This document shows, in pieces, positions 5,360 to 13,185 of a stretch of 14,858 bases of DNA; position 1 is the stretch's first letter, and every line of letters starts with the position of its first letter. The DNA is from a virus. The stretch covers positions 1 to 14,858 of the IMG/VR virus record IMGVR_UViG_3300044492_000112; one strand, given 5' to 3'. Under the pieces are notes generated by a model. It saw only the letters and a program-made list of their open reading frames with translations, was not told the DNA's origin and did no database searches. The position numbers and the translations under genes were made by a program.

Positions 5360-6243
5360 TCACGCCCGAGCGCGTCGATCATGTTGCCGCCGACCGTCAC
5401 CACGTCGCCCCAGCCCGACACGGTGTCGCCATTGACGTTCACGAATCTGAGCGCGCCGTTCTTGCCGAGCACGACGAGATTGGCGAACACGTCGGCGGTC
5501 GGGTTGTAGCGCGTGATGCCGTCACCGGTCCACGCGGTGCCGTTTTCGTCGAGTGCCACGATCATGGTCTGATCCTCCAATGTCGGCGGCGGCGCCGGCG
5601 TACCGGGATGGGTTGGCGGCGGTAGCGGGGCGCCGGCACGCTCGAGCAGCTCGGCGCGCAGATCGGCGAGCGACCACGATCCGGAACTGTTCACCGCGGC
5701 CGGCCGCCATCCGCCGGTGACGGCGGCCGCGGTCGCCGGGTCGATCTTGCGGTCGGGCGCCCAGTCGTGATGTTGGGCGACGTCGCCCGCCGCCAGCTCG
5801 AGCCCGGCGGCGATCGCCAGGCTGGCCGCAAACACGGCGTCGATCTGTGCGGCGGGGTAGGGCTCGCCGGTGCCGGCGTTGCAGATCTCGATCCCGACCG
5901 CGTGGGTGTTCATCTGATCGTCGGGCACCGTGCCCCGGCTGAAGCTGAGCCGGTCGCCTTTGCCGTTGGTGTTCGTCGCGCCGGCCGCGATCAGCCACAC
6001 GACACCATCGCGGGCCACCAGCAGATTGCAGATCGGGGCGTCGGGATCACCTTGCGCGCAGTAGGCGGCATCGTCGCCCGGATCCGCTTGCGACGCGGTG
6101 TGGTGCCACATCACACACCACGGCCGGTCGCCGTCGAATCCGCCCGAGCTGCGGGCGCGGGTCTGCCAGCCCTCCCATTCGACGACGGCCAGCCCGGCGC
6201 CGCGCAGCCAGCCGGCCAGCTCGGTCAGGTAGCGGCCGGTCAC
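5356..6243 (-). CDS. Endolysin: N-acetylmuramoyl-L-alanine amidase (Amidase_2/PGRP-like), Pro-rich linker, C-terminal putative wall-binding domain (295 aa)
   Basis: WCVMWHHTAS, HAVGIEICNAG and AQHHDWAPDRKIDP fit the Zn-amidase pattern. Linker is PLPPPTHPGTPAPPPT. GTG 6243 overlaps the upstream stop (GTGA). The 74-aa Arg/Pro-rich extension in the track ORF is rejected. Confidence 0.85.
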   Translation of the reverse strand: MTGRYLTELAGWLRGAGLAVVEWEGWQTRARSSGGFDGDRPWCVMWHHTASQADPGDDAAYCAQGDPDAPICNLLVARDGVVWLIAAGATNTNGKGDRLSFSRGTVPDDQMNTHAVGIEICNAGTGEPYPAAQIDAVFAASLAIAAGLELAAGDVAQHHDWAPDRKIDPATAAAVTGGWRPAAVNSSGSWSLADLRAELLERAGAPLPPPTHPGTPAPPPTLEDQTMIVALDENGTAWTGDGITRYNPTADVFANLVVLGKNGALRFVNVNGDTVSGWGDVVTVGGNMIDALGRE

Positions 6244-6494
6244 ACGCGGGACCGGACGTAGATCAGATCGAGCGCGGCCTGCTCGAGCCGGCGCCGGGCG
6301 CGCAGCTCGAGCGGGCGGGCGACGGCGGCCGCGATCCGCGCCTCGAGCATGTCGAGCAGGTCGTCGGGCGATTCGTCGAGCGGCGGGTCGGGGCGGCCGT
6401 CGACGAGCCGGATCCGGCGGGCCAGGTTGCGGATCTGGACACCGGGCGGGTCGAGCGCATCCCACGAATCTTCGGGTTCGAAATCGAAGCTCAT
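6240..6494 (-). CDS. Hypothetical acidic protein (84 aa) between the tail and lysis genes
   Basis: ATG 6494 is in an ATGA overlap with the upstream gene, and its stop is in a GTGA overlap with the lysin. Composition is non-shadow. Confidence 0.6.
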   Translation of the reverse strand: MSFDFEPEDSWDALDPPGVQIRNLARRIRLVDGRPDPPLDESPDDLLDMLEARIAAAVARPLELRARRRLEQAALDLIYVRSRV

Positions 6495-7042
6495 GCGATC
6501 ACGGTCGCGACGAGATCGAAATCACGATTGTTGGCGGTCGCCGGCTTGAGCAGTCCGGTCGGGTCGACGTAGAACACCTTGACGGACAAGATCGTCAGCG
6601 GCGCATCGAACGACCAGGCGCACACGAACGCGTCGGGGGCGGTCTTGCGGGATCCGAGCACGACCGAGATGTACGACGTGAACCCGAGTTCGGCGGCGGT
6701 GATCGTCACGAAACCTGATGCGTCGGTCGTCTTGTTGATCAGGCGCCGCGTCGACGTCACCCATTGCGAATTGATCCGTTCGAACTGGCCGATTCCGGGC
6801 ACCGACGCATACGACCCATCAGCGGCCGCCCACGCTTTCATGGCGGCGACCGTCGCGAATCCGTGTATCACGCGCCGGGTGACGTCCTGCGACCAGGCCG
6901 ACAGGATCGCCGAACCGGGGGCGGGCACGTTGGCGAACGCGCCGATCGTGATCGGCGGATTGGCGGCCTGCGGTGACGGTGTCAGGCGTGCCTCGAGCGC
7001 GGCGACACGCTCGGCGAGCTGCTCGAGTTCAGGTGATGGCAT
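6491..7042 (-). CDS. Minor tail protein, candidate receptor-binding or fibre protein (183 aa)
   Basis: ATG 7042 shares one nt with the upstream TGA (TGATG). N-terminal coiled coil (PELEQLAERVAALEARL) followed by a beta-rich C-domain. Last structural gene. Confidence 0.5.
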   Translation of the reverse strand: MPSPELEQLAERVAALEARLTPSPQAANPPITIGAFANVPAPGSAILSAWSQDVTRRVIHGFATVAAMKAWAAADGSYASVPGIGQFERINSQWVTSTRRLINKTTDASGFVTITAAELGFTSYISVVLGSRKTAPDAFVCAWSFDAPLTILSVKVFYVDPTGLLKPATANNRDFDLVATVIA

Positions 7043-8319
7043 CAGTACCCCCAGACGGCGGCGGCCGCGGTGTCGTCCCAGACAAGCCAGGTTTCGTCCC
7101 ACGCGATCGGGCGCACATAGTCGACTGCTTTCGTGGTGGCGCACGTCATCACCCATTGACCGCCCGGTGTCACGTCATGGGCGAGCGATTGGAGCACGAC
7201 GGCGAGATCGAGCACGGCGACACCGCCCGGCGTTTTCGATTCGTGCAGGAACCGGGCACGGTCGCCGATCCGATAGTCGACCGCACGCCACAACGTGGCC
7301 TGGTGCGGGTCGAGCAGATACAGCACGAACTGATCGACCGCCAGCCGCGCCGGCGCCACGCTGACCATGAACGCGGCGAGTGTGTCGCCATCGATCTGAT
7401 AGTTCCACTGCTGATCGGTTTCGGCGATCCGGTAGGCGCCGGCCGGGCGCGGGTTGCTGGCGGTGGCGCGCAGCCCGGCGACGTTCTCGAGGATCACCGT
7501 GTCGGCGAGCCCGTCATCGTTGGTCGACAGTTGCGCGTCCCAGACCACGATCGGCGCCGTGCACACGTTGTCGGACAGCACCGGCACCGTCACCTGATCC
7601 GAACGCCCGGCCCGCCAATCGCGGGCCCGATAGAGCAGCGTGCCGTCAGCGTCGACGTACGCGATCCCGCCATCGGACGCGGCGACGATCTGCAGCTCCT
7701 CGAGCGGCGCCCGTTCCGTCACCTGACGCGACAGCCGGCAGGTGCCGGCGTCGAGCCGTGACCGGTCGGTGTAGCCGCCGGCGCCGTTGGCGATCGCCGC
7801 GATCCGCGGGCCGGCGGTCTGATCGACGACACCGGGCGTATAGCTGGCGGCGAGCTGCGCCAGATCTGAGAACGCGTCGAACGCTTCGATCTCGATCACG
7901 TCGTCGGCGAGTTCATCCCAACGCGCGATCCGGCCGTAGAACAGCCACCACGACGACGTGTCATCGGTCGCCCAGATCGCCAGGATCCGGCCCGGCCCGT
8001 AATCGGTCAGCGAGCCGTCGACGTTGTACCGCGACCACGTCCCGGCCCGGTTGTCGACTTGCACCAGTGCCCGGGCGGCGTCGAAGTTGCCGCGCGCGTC
8101 GGGGTTGCCGGCCTCGAGTATCAGCCCGGTGTAATCGCACGCCAGATCCGACCACGGTGTCGCCACGGTCGGCGTGTCGTAGGCGATCGTCGCGTCATCC
8201 CACGTCATCAGCGGGTCATCCCACGTCGGCAACGTCTGACGGGTTTCGACCGCGATCACCGGGCGCATCGGCCACGACTTCATCGACGCGAACGACGAGA
8301 TCGGGCCGTGACTGGTCAC
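7042..8319 (-). CDS. Minor tail protein (distal-tail/tail-tip-like, about 425 aa)
   Basis: Sits immediately downstream of the tape measure, the usual Dit/Tal position. GTG 8319 lies 16 nt after the TMP stop. ATG 8283 is the alternative start. The track start at 8421 overlaps the TMP. Confidence 0.6.
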   Translation of the reverse strand: MTSHGPISSFASMKSWPMRPVIAVETRQTLPTWDDPLMTWDDATIAYDTPTVATPWSDLACDYTGLILEAGNPDARGNFDAARALVQVDNRAGTWSRYNVDGSLTDYGPGRILAIWATDDTSSWWLFYGRIARWDELADDVIEIEAFDAFSDLAQLAASYTPGVVDQTAGPRIAAIANGAGGYTDRSRLDAGTCRLSRQVTERAPLEELQIVAASDGGIAYVDADGTLLYRARDWRAGRSDQVTVPVLSDNVCTAPIVVWDAQLSTNDDGLADTVILENVAGLRATASNPRPAGAYRIAETDQQWNYQIDGDTLAAFMVSVAPARLAVDQFVLYLLDPHQATLWRAVDYRIGDRARFLHESKTPGGVAVLDLAVVLQSLAHDVTPGGQWVMTCATTKAVDYVRPIAWDETWLVWDDTAAAAVWGY

Positions 8320-8335
8320 GGTCGGCAGGGCACGG

Positions 8336-9853
8336 TCAGCGACGCGCAAGAGCCACCGTCGTTCCGTAACGCCTGCCGGCACGGCGCGAGTGCCCGGCGA
8401 CCTGGCGCACGACGTCGACACCGCGGGCGCCGGCGGGCAGGTTGACGTTCACGATCGTCGACGGTTCCACCGAACGCGGCCCGGCGCCCGGGCCGGTGCC
8501 GGTCAGCCCGCCGGTCGCCTGGCCGGGCCGGTCGAGCTTGCTGGCGATGATGATCGGGTTCATCGCGAACCACAGTTCGACATCGGCTTTCGTGCCGTAC
8601 AGATCGCCCTGGTCGATCTTGTCGAGTTCGGTCTTGATCTGGAGCGGCGACTTGCCGAGCGCCTCGCCGGTGTCGATCACGGTCTGTTTCAAGCTGAGCA
8701 CGTCCTGCGCCGATTGCGCCATTGTCTCGTCGACGTTGTTGGCGGCCGCTTCGAACGCCGACTGAAAATCGAGCGCAGCCTGATCGATGTCGAGCGCCCC
8801 GCGCAGCTTGTCGATCGACGCCTTGACCGAATCGACCGACGCCTGCGCCCGGTCCTGCGCGGTCGCGAACCGGTCGGTCGTGCGTTGCGCGCCCTGCAGC
8901 GCCGACTGCACCCGGGCCAGCTTCGCGTCCTGCTCGGCAAGTGAGCCGTTCGCCCGGTCGTAGTCGTCGGCGGCGCCGGTGATCTGACCGCGCAGATCCT
9001 TGTACACCGAGAGTTGCGCCGACAGCTCATTGTTGGCGGCGTTGGCCGCGCCACCGTGCTCGTCGATCAAACCCGTCAGCCGTTCGATCTCGTCATTCAG
9101 GCGTGGCAGCGCATCGGTCTGACCGGTGATAAAGCGGGTCGTGTCACCGACACCGAGCCCGAGCTTGCGGGCAGCATCGAACGCGCCGTCGTAGGTGTCG
9201 GTCAGCTTCTTCGCGGCGTCAGCCCAGTTGCCCTCGCGTACCAGCTTGTTGAAATCGCGGGTCGCCTCCTCGAGTTCCTTCTGCTTACGACGGGCCTCTT
9301 CCTGGCGGCCCTTGTAGTAGGTCCATGCGGCGGCGGCGGCGGCGACGGCGACACCGATCCCGCCGATCGCGCCCGCCATGCTCTCGGCCGAGACACCGAT
9401 CTTTTCGGCGACACCTTCGGAGATGTCGCCGAGCCCGTCGAACACACCGGCGAAATCCGACGCCGCGCCCGACGCCTCCCCGAGCGGCCCGGTGAGATCG
9501 GCGATGGCGTTGCCGCGCAGCTTCGATCCGCCGCCCGGGTCGTTCACCTTGTCGAGCTGGCGGGCCGTCGTGTCGGCGCGGTCGCCGGTCTGGCGCAGCT
9601 CGTCCTGCAGCGACTTGAGTTCGGCTTTGGCGGCGTCGGCGCGGGCCTTCAGCACGATCTCGGCATCAGTGTCCGACAGTTGCTTCGCGTCGGCGGCGAC
9701 GTCGGCGATCACGGCGCTGGCGTTGTCGTCGGCGGTGATCGCGACGGTCGGCTCGAGCTTCTCGAGTTCGGCGACGTCGTCGGCGACGTCGTCGATCACC
9801 TTCGACGCCTTGTCATCGGCGACGAGATCGATACGAACCTGTTCGTCAGACAC
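8336..9853 (-). CDS. Tape measure protein (about 505 aa)
   Basis: Longest tail-region ORF. Ala/Asp/Gln-rich coiled-coil text with a central Gly/Ala hydrophobic segment (AGAIGGIGVAVAAAAAAWTYY). GTG 9853 overlaps the upstream stop by 8 nt. Confidence 0.8.
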   Translation of the reverse strand: MSDEQVRIDLVADDKASKVIDDVADDVAELEKLEPTVAITADDNASAVIADVAADAKQLSDTDAEIVLKARADAAKAELKSLQDELRQTGDRADTTARQLDKVNDPGGGSKLRGNAIADLTGPLGEASGAASDFAGVFDGLGDISEGVAEKIGVSAESMAGAIGGIGVAVAAAAAAWTYYKGRQEEARRKQKELEEATRDFNKLVREGNWADAAKKLTDTYDGAFDAARKLGLGVGDTTRFITGQTDALPRLNDEIERLTGLIDEHGGAANAANNELSAQLSVYKDLRGQITGAADDYDRANGSLAEQDAKLARVQSALQGAQRTTDRFATAQDRAQASVDSVKASIDKLRGALDIDQAALDFQSAFEAAANNVDETMAQSAQDVLSLKQTVIDTGEALGKSPLQIKTELDKIDQGDLYGTKADVELWFAMNPIIIASKLDRPGQATGGLTGTGPGAGPRSVEPSTIVNVNLPAGARGVDVVRQVAGHSRRAGRRYGTTVALARR

Positions 9854-10277
9854 GGCGCACCACGTCAGCCACTGAGTCGGCGAAAATCTGCGGCACGACT
9901 TCGGCGATCCGCTTCGCGACACGCGCCCACGCGTGCCGCCCCGGTGTGCCCGGATGGGGGACCATCATCTTTCTCATCGGGCCGCGCTTGCGGCGTCGGA
10001 TCGTGTGCGGATCGGTGCCGGTGTTGGCCCAGATCCAGCCCGGGATCGAGCCCTGCACCCGGCAGGTGGCGCCGGTGGCGGTGTCGCGGATGTCGTCGCG
10101 GGCGCGCAGTTTCAGCCCGCGCTTTTTCTTGCCTTTCATGCCATCGGCGCCGGCGATCCGGCGGCCGTCGTCGTCGACGATCCGTTTCGCCGCTTTGGCG
10201 GCGGCGATCATGCCGGTATGGGGGATCGTGCGGATCTCGCCGGCGAGCCGGTGCAGGTTCACCGACGCAGCCGGCAC
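9846..10277 (-). CDS. Basic 143-aa protein, HK97-gp10-like neck/tail-completion candidate, occupying the slot where tail-assembly chaperones normally sit
   Basis: RVQGSIPGWIWANTGTDPHTIRRRK resembles the gp10-family core (..EfGT....P..). GTG start at 10277. Lies between the major tail and tape measure genes. Confidence 0.4.
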   Translation of the reverse strand: MPAASVNLHRLAGEIRTIPHTGMIAAAKAAKRIVDDDGRRIAGADGMKGKKKRGLKLRARDDIRDTATGATCRVQGSIPGWIWANTGTDPHTIRRRKRGPMRKMMVPHPGTPGRHAWARVAKRIAEVVPQIFADSVADVVRRV

Positions 10278-10283
10278 GGCAAC

Positions 10284-10796
10284 CTATGCCGGCTGCTCGG
10301 CGAGCTGCTCGTCGGCGGCCGCTTCATCGGCGGCCGCTTCATCAGCCAGCAGGGTTGCCGGTGTGATCGTCGGCGCATTCAGACACGGCCACGTCGCGTT
10401 GGCCGGGCCGGCGGATCCGTCGCCGAACGTGCCGCCGAACTGGCCGGCCACGATCCAACACTGGGCCTGCGCCTTGACGGTCGGGGCGCCGGTCGGATCG
10501 GGCACGATCTCGACCCACATCGCGAGGCCCTTGTTCGTCCACGCCCAGCCCGACAGACCGCCGCCCGGGCTGGCGGTCCAGTCCTGCAGCCATGCGATGT
10601 CGAGCTGGAACGCCGGCGCCCCCGGCGACTGGCTGGCGCCGGCGCAGCCGGTGGCGGGAATCGTGTTGAACGCGGCGGTCGTCGAGATCACCGCCGACGT
10701 CACCTGACACTGGTACGCGTTGCCGGCGGTGAGCCCGGCCTGCGTGGCGGCGACCTTCAGGGTCGGGTTCGTGAACACCATCACGGTGCGAGGCAT
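10284..10796 (-). CDS. Major tail protein (170 aa)
   Basis: ATG 10796 is preceded by AGGAGC (10801..10806 on the plus strand is gctcct). Position is after the neck genes and before the TMP. Thr/Ala/Gly-rich, beta-type composition. The track start at 10895 is an Arg-rich extension that overlaps the upstream gene. Confidence 0.6.
   Translation of the reverse strand: MPRTVMVFTNPTLKVAATQAGLTAGNAYQCQVTSAVISTTAAFNTIPATGCAGASQSPGAPAFQLDIAWLQDWTASPGGGLSGWAWTNKGLAMWVEIVPDPTGAPTVKAQAQCWIVAGQFGGTFGDGSAGPANATWPCLNAPTITPATLLADEAAADEAAADEQLAEQPA
10313..10342. repeat. Perfect 15-bp tandem duplication (cggcggccgcttcat x2) encoding DEAAA-DEAAA in the major tail protein C-tail
   Basis: 10313..10327 equals 10328..10342 on direct reading. 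Confidence 0.9.
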
Positions 10797-10804
10797 GGCA
10801 GCTC

Positions 10805-11164
10805 CTAACAGTTCGGGTTCGGGATCTCGAGCGGATACAGCAGCGCGTACGCCGGGCAGTCTTTGCCGGCGTTGGGGTAGGTGCCCGGGTTCCATTCGTC
10901 GCCGGCCGGGCGGCCCAACGTCGTCAGGATCGTTTCCACGTACTGCTCGAGCAGGGCCAGGGCGGCGGCGTCACCGGGTGGCGGCACGATCGGACGGACA
11001 TAGACGGCGGCCGGCCAGGCGCCGATCCCCGCCGTCGACGAGCGGCCGCGGACGGCGTCGACGAGCACGCACGGCGGCAGCGCGGCCGGGTCGAGCGTGA
11101 CCGGTAGCCCGGCTGCGGTGAGCTTGCCGGCCAGCTCGACACGGGCGTCACCGATCACGGTCAT
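10805..11164 (-). CDS. Neck protein (tail-terminator or head-closure-like, 119 aa)
   Basis: ATG 11164 is in an ATGA overlap with the adaptor gene. Size and position between adaptor and major tail protein fit. Confidence 0.45.
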   Translation of the reverse strand: MTVIGDARVELAGKLTAAGLPVTLDPAALPPCVLVDAVRGRSSTAGIGAWPAAVYVRPIVPPPGDAAALALLEQYVETILTTLGRPAGDEWNPGTYPNAGKDCPAYALLYPLEIPNPNC

Positions 11165-11580
11165 CTGACACCGCGCAGACGGGCCAGACCGCGGCGGCGG
11201 CGGCGCTCGAGTAACGGGTTCACGACGTCGGCGCCGGCCGGGACGGTGTCGGTCTGGGCGCGGCCGATCGCCAGTAGCCGTTTGATCGATCCCCAGGTGC
11301 CGCCGGTCGGCGTGAAGCTCGACAGGTCGTCGAACGACGCGAACGAATCGGTCGACGCCCGTTCATGCCACAGCGCGACCGCCCACATCGTGGCGCCCAT
11401 GCCGATGTCGGCGGTCGGTGCCGTGCCGGTCGCCGGATCGACGTGGCCGGCGGCGGCACGCTTGCGGTAGGCGGCGGCGTTGGCGGCGTCGACGCACGCG
11501 TTCAACCATTCGTCGTCGACGGCAGGCGCCGCGGTGCCGAGCGCCGCGATCACCTGCCCGGGCGACGTCCAATCGACCAC
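11161..11580 (-). CDS. Head-tail adaptor/connector (gp6-like, 139 aa)
   Basis: Immediately follows the capsid gene (TAA then GTG). DDEWLNACVDAANAAAYRKRAAAG resembles gp6-type connector N-termini. Confidence 0.6.
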   Translation of the reverse strand: MVDWTSPGQVIAALGTAAPAVDDEWLNACVDAANAAAYRKRAAAGHVDPATGTAPTADIGMGATMWAVALWHERASTDSFASFDDLSSFTPTGGTWGSIKRLLAIGRAQTDTVPAGADVVNPLLERRRRRGLARLRGVR

Positions 11581-13185
11581 TTACGGCTGCGTCGTCTTTG
11601 CGAACGCGCCCGGGTATTGGATGCCGAGCGCCCCGTAGCCGTAGACGGCGATGTCGAGCCCGAGCAGACCGACGTCGATCGCCCGCAACGTGAACGGCGT
11701 GCCGGGCACGTCGTACCACGTCGCGCCTTGCTTGTGGCCGGCCAGGTAGGTGCGTGCCGCCAGCGCCGGCTCGCAGTACACGGTCAGCCCGGCCGAGTTC
11801 GTCATTTCCGGGGTCATCCGCCCGAAGCTCACGGCACCATCCCAGAACGCCGGGCCGTTCTGCTCTGTGATCCCGATCATGCCGACGAACACGTCGTAGG
11901 ACACGGCCAGGAACAGACCGCCGGGCGGTGTCGTCGCCGGCGTCAGACCGGCGAACAGCTTCTGCACGACACCGAGAAACGTGTCGCCCGCCAGCGTCGT
12001 GACCGCCGTCGCGGCGGCCAGCAGCGTCGTCACCGCGTACGCGTTCGACTTGTTGGCGTAGTCGATCCCGGCCGCCCGCACGTAGTCGTCGACGAACGAC
12101 GGCGACCCGAAATCGAGTTCTTGCTGGCTGATGTCGTTGCCGCCGGCCCACGTCTTGACCGGCACCGCTGACGGTGTGATCGCGACCGCGGTCGAGTTGA
12201 TCGCCGTTTTCTCGGTCGCTTGCAGGGCGACGGTCGGCGCTTTCGTCCACGCATTGAACGTCTTGTTGGGGTAGTCGCCGCGCTCGAGATCGCCCTGGCG
12301 CAGCACGTCGATCGTCGGTGTGCCCCAGGCGATGATGTCGATCAGCTCGGCCTGGTAGGCGGGCCGGAAGTTGGCGGCCACGTTGTCGGTGCCGACGATC
12401 GTCACGTTCGCCAGCGCGGCCTCAATCCCGCGTGCCAGCGGCCCTTGCGCGGCGAGCACGGCGTCACGCAACGCGTGATCGGCGCCGCGGCTGGCGGCGA
12501 TGATCCCGGCCAGTTGCCGCAATCCGATGTTGGCGTACCGGTCGCGGCCGTTCGTGCGGCGACCGGCGGCCCGCCCGGCCGTGACCGGCACCAACGCCGG
12601 CTGCTGGCGGGTTTCGACTTCGGGCACGTCGGGGTCGGCGGGCTCGTCGGTGTCGGGCAGTTCGGGCTGGTCGGGCTCGTCGACGTCGGGCGCGTCGGTC
12701 AAAGTCGGTGTCGCGGGCATTGTTTCTCCTTCGGGTTGAGCTGCGGCGACTTGTGTCACCACGGCACCGGCGTACGCGCCGAGCGGTAGCAGGGTGAGTT
12801 CGTTCCATTCGGCGGCGTAGACGTGCAGGCGGCCCTGCTCGTCGTAGTCGTAGCGGGTCGGGTCGGCGCCGACCGAGAACATCAGATCGCCGTCAGCGGC
12901 CAGTGTCAGGGTTTCGTCGCCGAGCGGTGTCCGGCTGATCCGCGTCGACGCGGTCATCTGGGCGCCGGTGTCGGCGGCCATCTCGACACGTCCGACGACG
13001 CGGGAACGGTCATGGTCACGCAACGCGACCGGTCGGGCGCCGGCGTCGAGCGAGCCCGGGTGGAAGATCACCGTTTCACCCGACGACACCCGGCCGGGCA
13101 CGTTCCACGGCACCGCGATCCCGCCGATCGTGCGCCCGGCGAGATCAGCCGCCGCGGCCTCGATCGCAAAGATCACGTTGGGCAT
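11581..13185 (-). CDS. Prohead (HK97/S78-type) protease fused to HK97-fold major capsid protein (534 aa)
   Basis: N-terminal part: LRDHDRSRVVGR (His), GDLMFSVGADP (Ser) and WNELTLLPLGAYAGA. Acidic Pro-rich linker: PDVDEPDQPELPDTDEPADPDVPE. C-terminal roughly 320 aa is capsid-like. ATG 13185 shares one nt with the portal TGA. Confidence 0.85.
   Translation of the reverse strand: MPNVIFAIEAAAADLAGRTIGGIAVPWNVPGRVSSGETVIFHPGSLDAGARPVALRDHDRSRVVGRVEMAADTGAQMTASTRISRTPLGDETLTLAADGDLMFSVGADPTRYDYDEQGRLHVYAAEWNELTLLPLGAYAGAVVTQVAAAQPEGETMPATPTLTDAPDVDEPDQPELPDTDEPADPDVPEVETRQQPALVPVTAGRAAGRRTNGRDRYANIGLRQLAGIIAASRGADHALRDAVLAAQGPLARGIEAALANVTIVGTDNVAANFRPAYQAELIDIIAWGTPTIDVLRQGDLERGDYPNKTFNAWTKAPTVALQATEKTAINSTAVAITPSAVPVKTWAGGNDISQQELDFGSPSFVDDYVRAAGIDYANKSNAYAVTTLLAAATAVTTLAGDTFLGVVQKLFAGLTPATTPPGGLFLAVSYDVFVGMIGITEQNGPAFWDGAVSFGRMTPEMTNSAGLTVYCEPALAARTYLAGHKQGATWYDVPGTPFTLRAIDVGLLGLDIAVYGYGALGIQYPGAFAKTTQP

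Noticed and set aside
5163-5363. 66-aa minus-strand track ORF after the lysin; also plus-strand 5253..5435
   Set aside because: The text is Arg/His-rich and shadow-like with no TM segment. The alternative frame gives a GTGA-coupled 48-aa membrane protein that fits the lysis context better.
6244-6465. N-terminal extensions of track ORFs: lysin 6244..6465, tail protein 7043..7156, TMP 9854..9922, major tail 10797..10895, capsid 13186..13278, membrane ORF 3778..3939
   Set aside because: The extensions are Arg/Pro-rich and overlap the preceding gene. In each case an internal ATG or GTG sits exactly at a stop-start overlap or behind a Shine-Dalgarno sequence.
10122-10128. GAAAAAG run (minus strand) as a -1 frameshift slippery site for a G/GT chaperone pair
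   Set aside because: It is not an X XXY YYZ heptamer in the zero frame. There is no space for a downstream extension ORF before the TMP start.
6579-12250. Long plus-strand or off-frame ORFs 6579..7364, 6973..7761, 7380..8369, 8390..8944, 9014..10366, 9933..10808, 11365..12171 and minus off-frame 11363..12250
   Set aside because: All are dominated by Arg/Pro/Gly/Ala runs and lack motifs. They fully overlap well-supported, tightly coupled structural genes on the minus strand.
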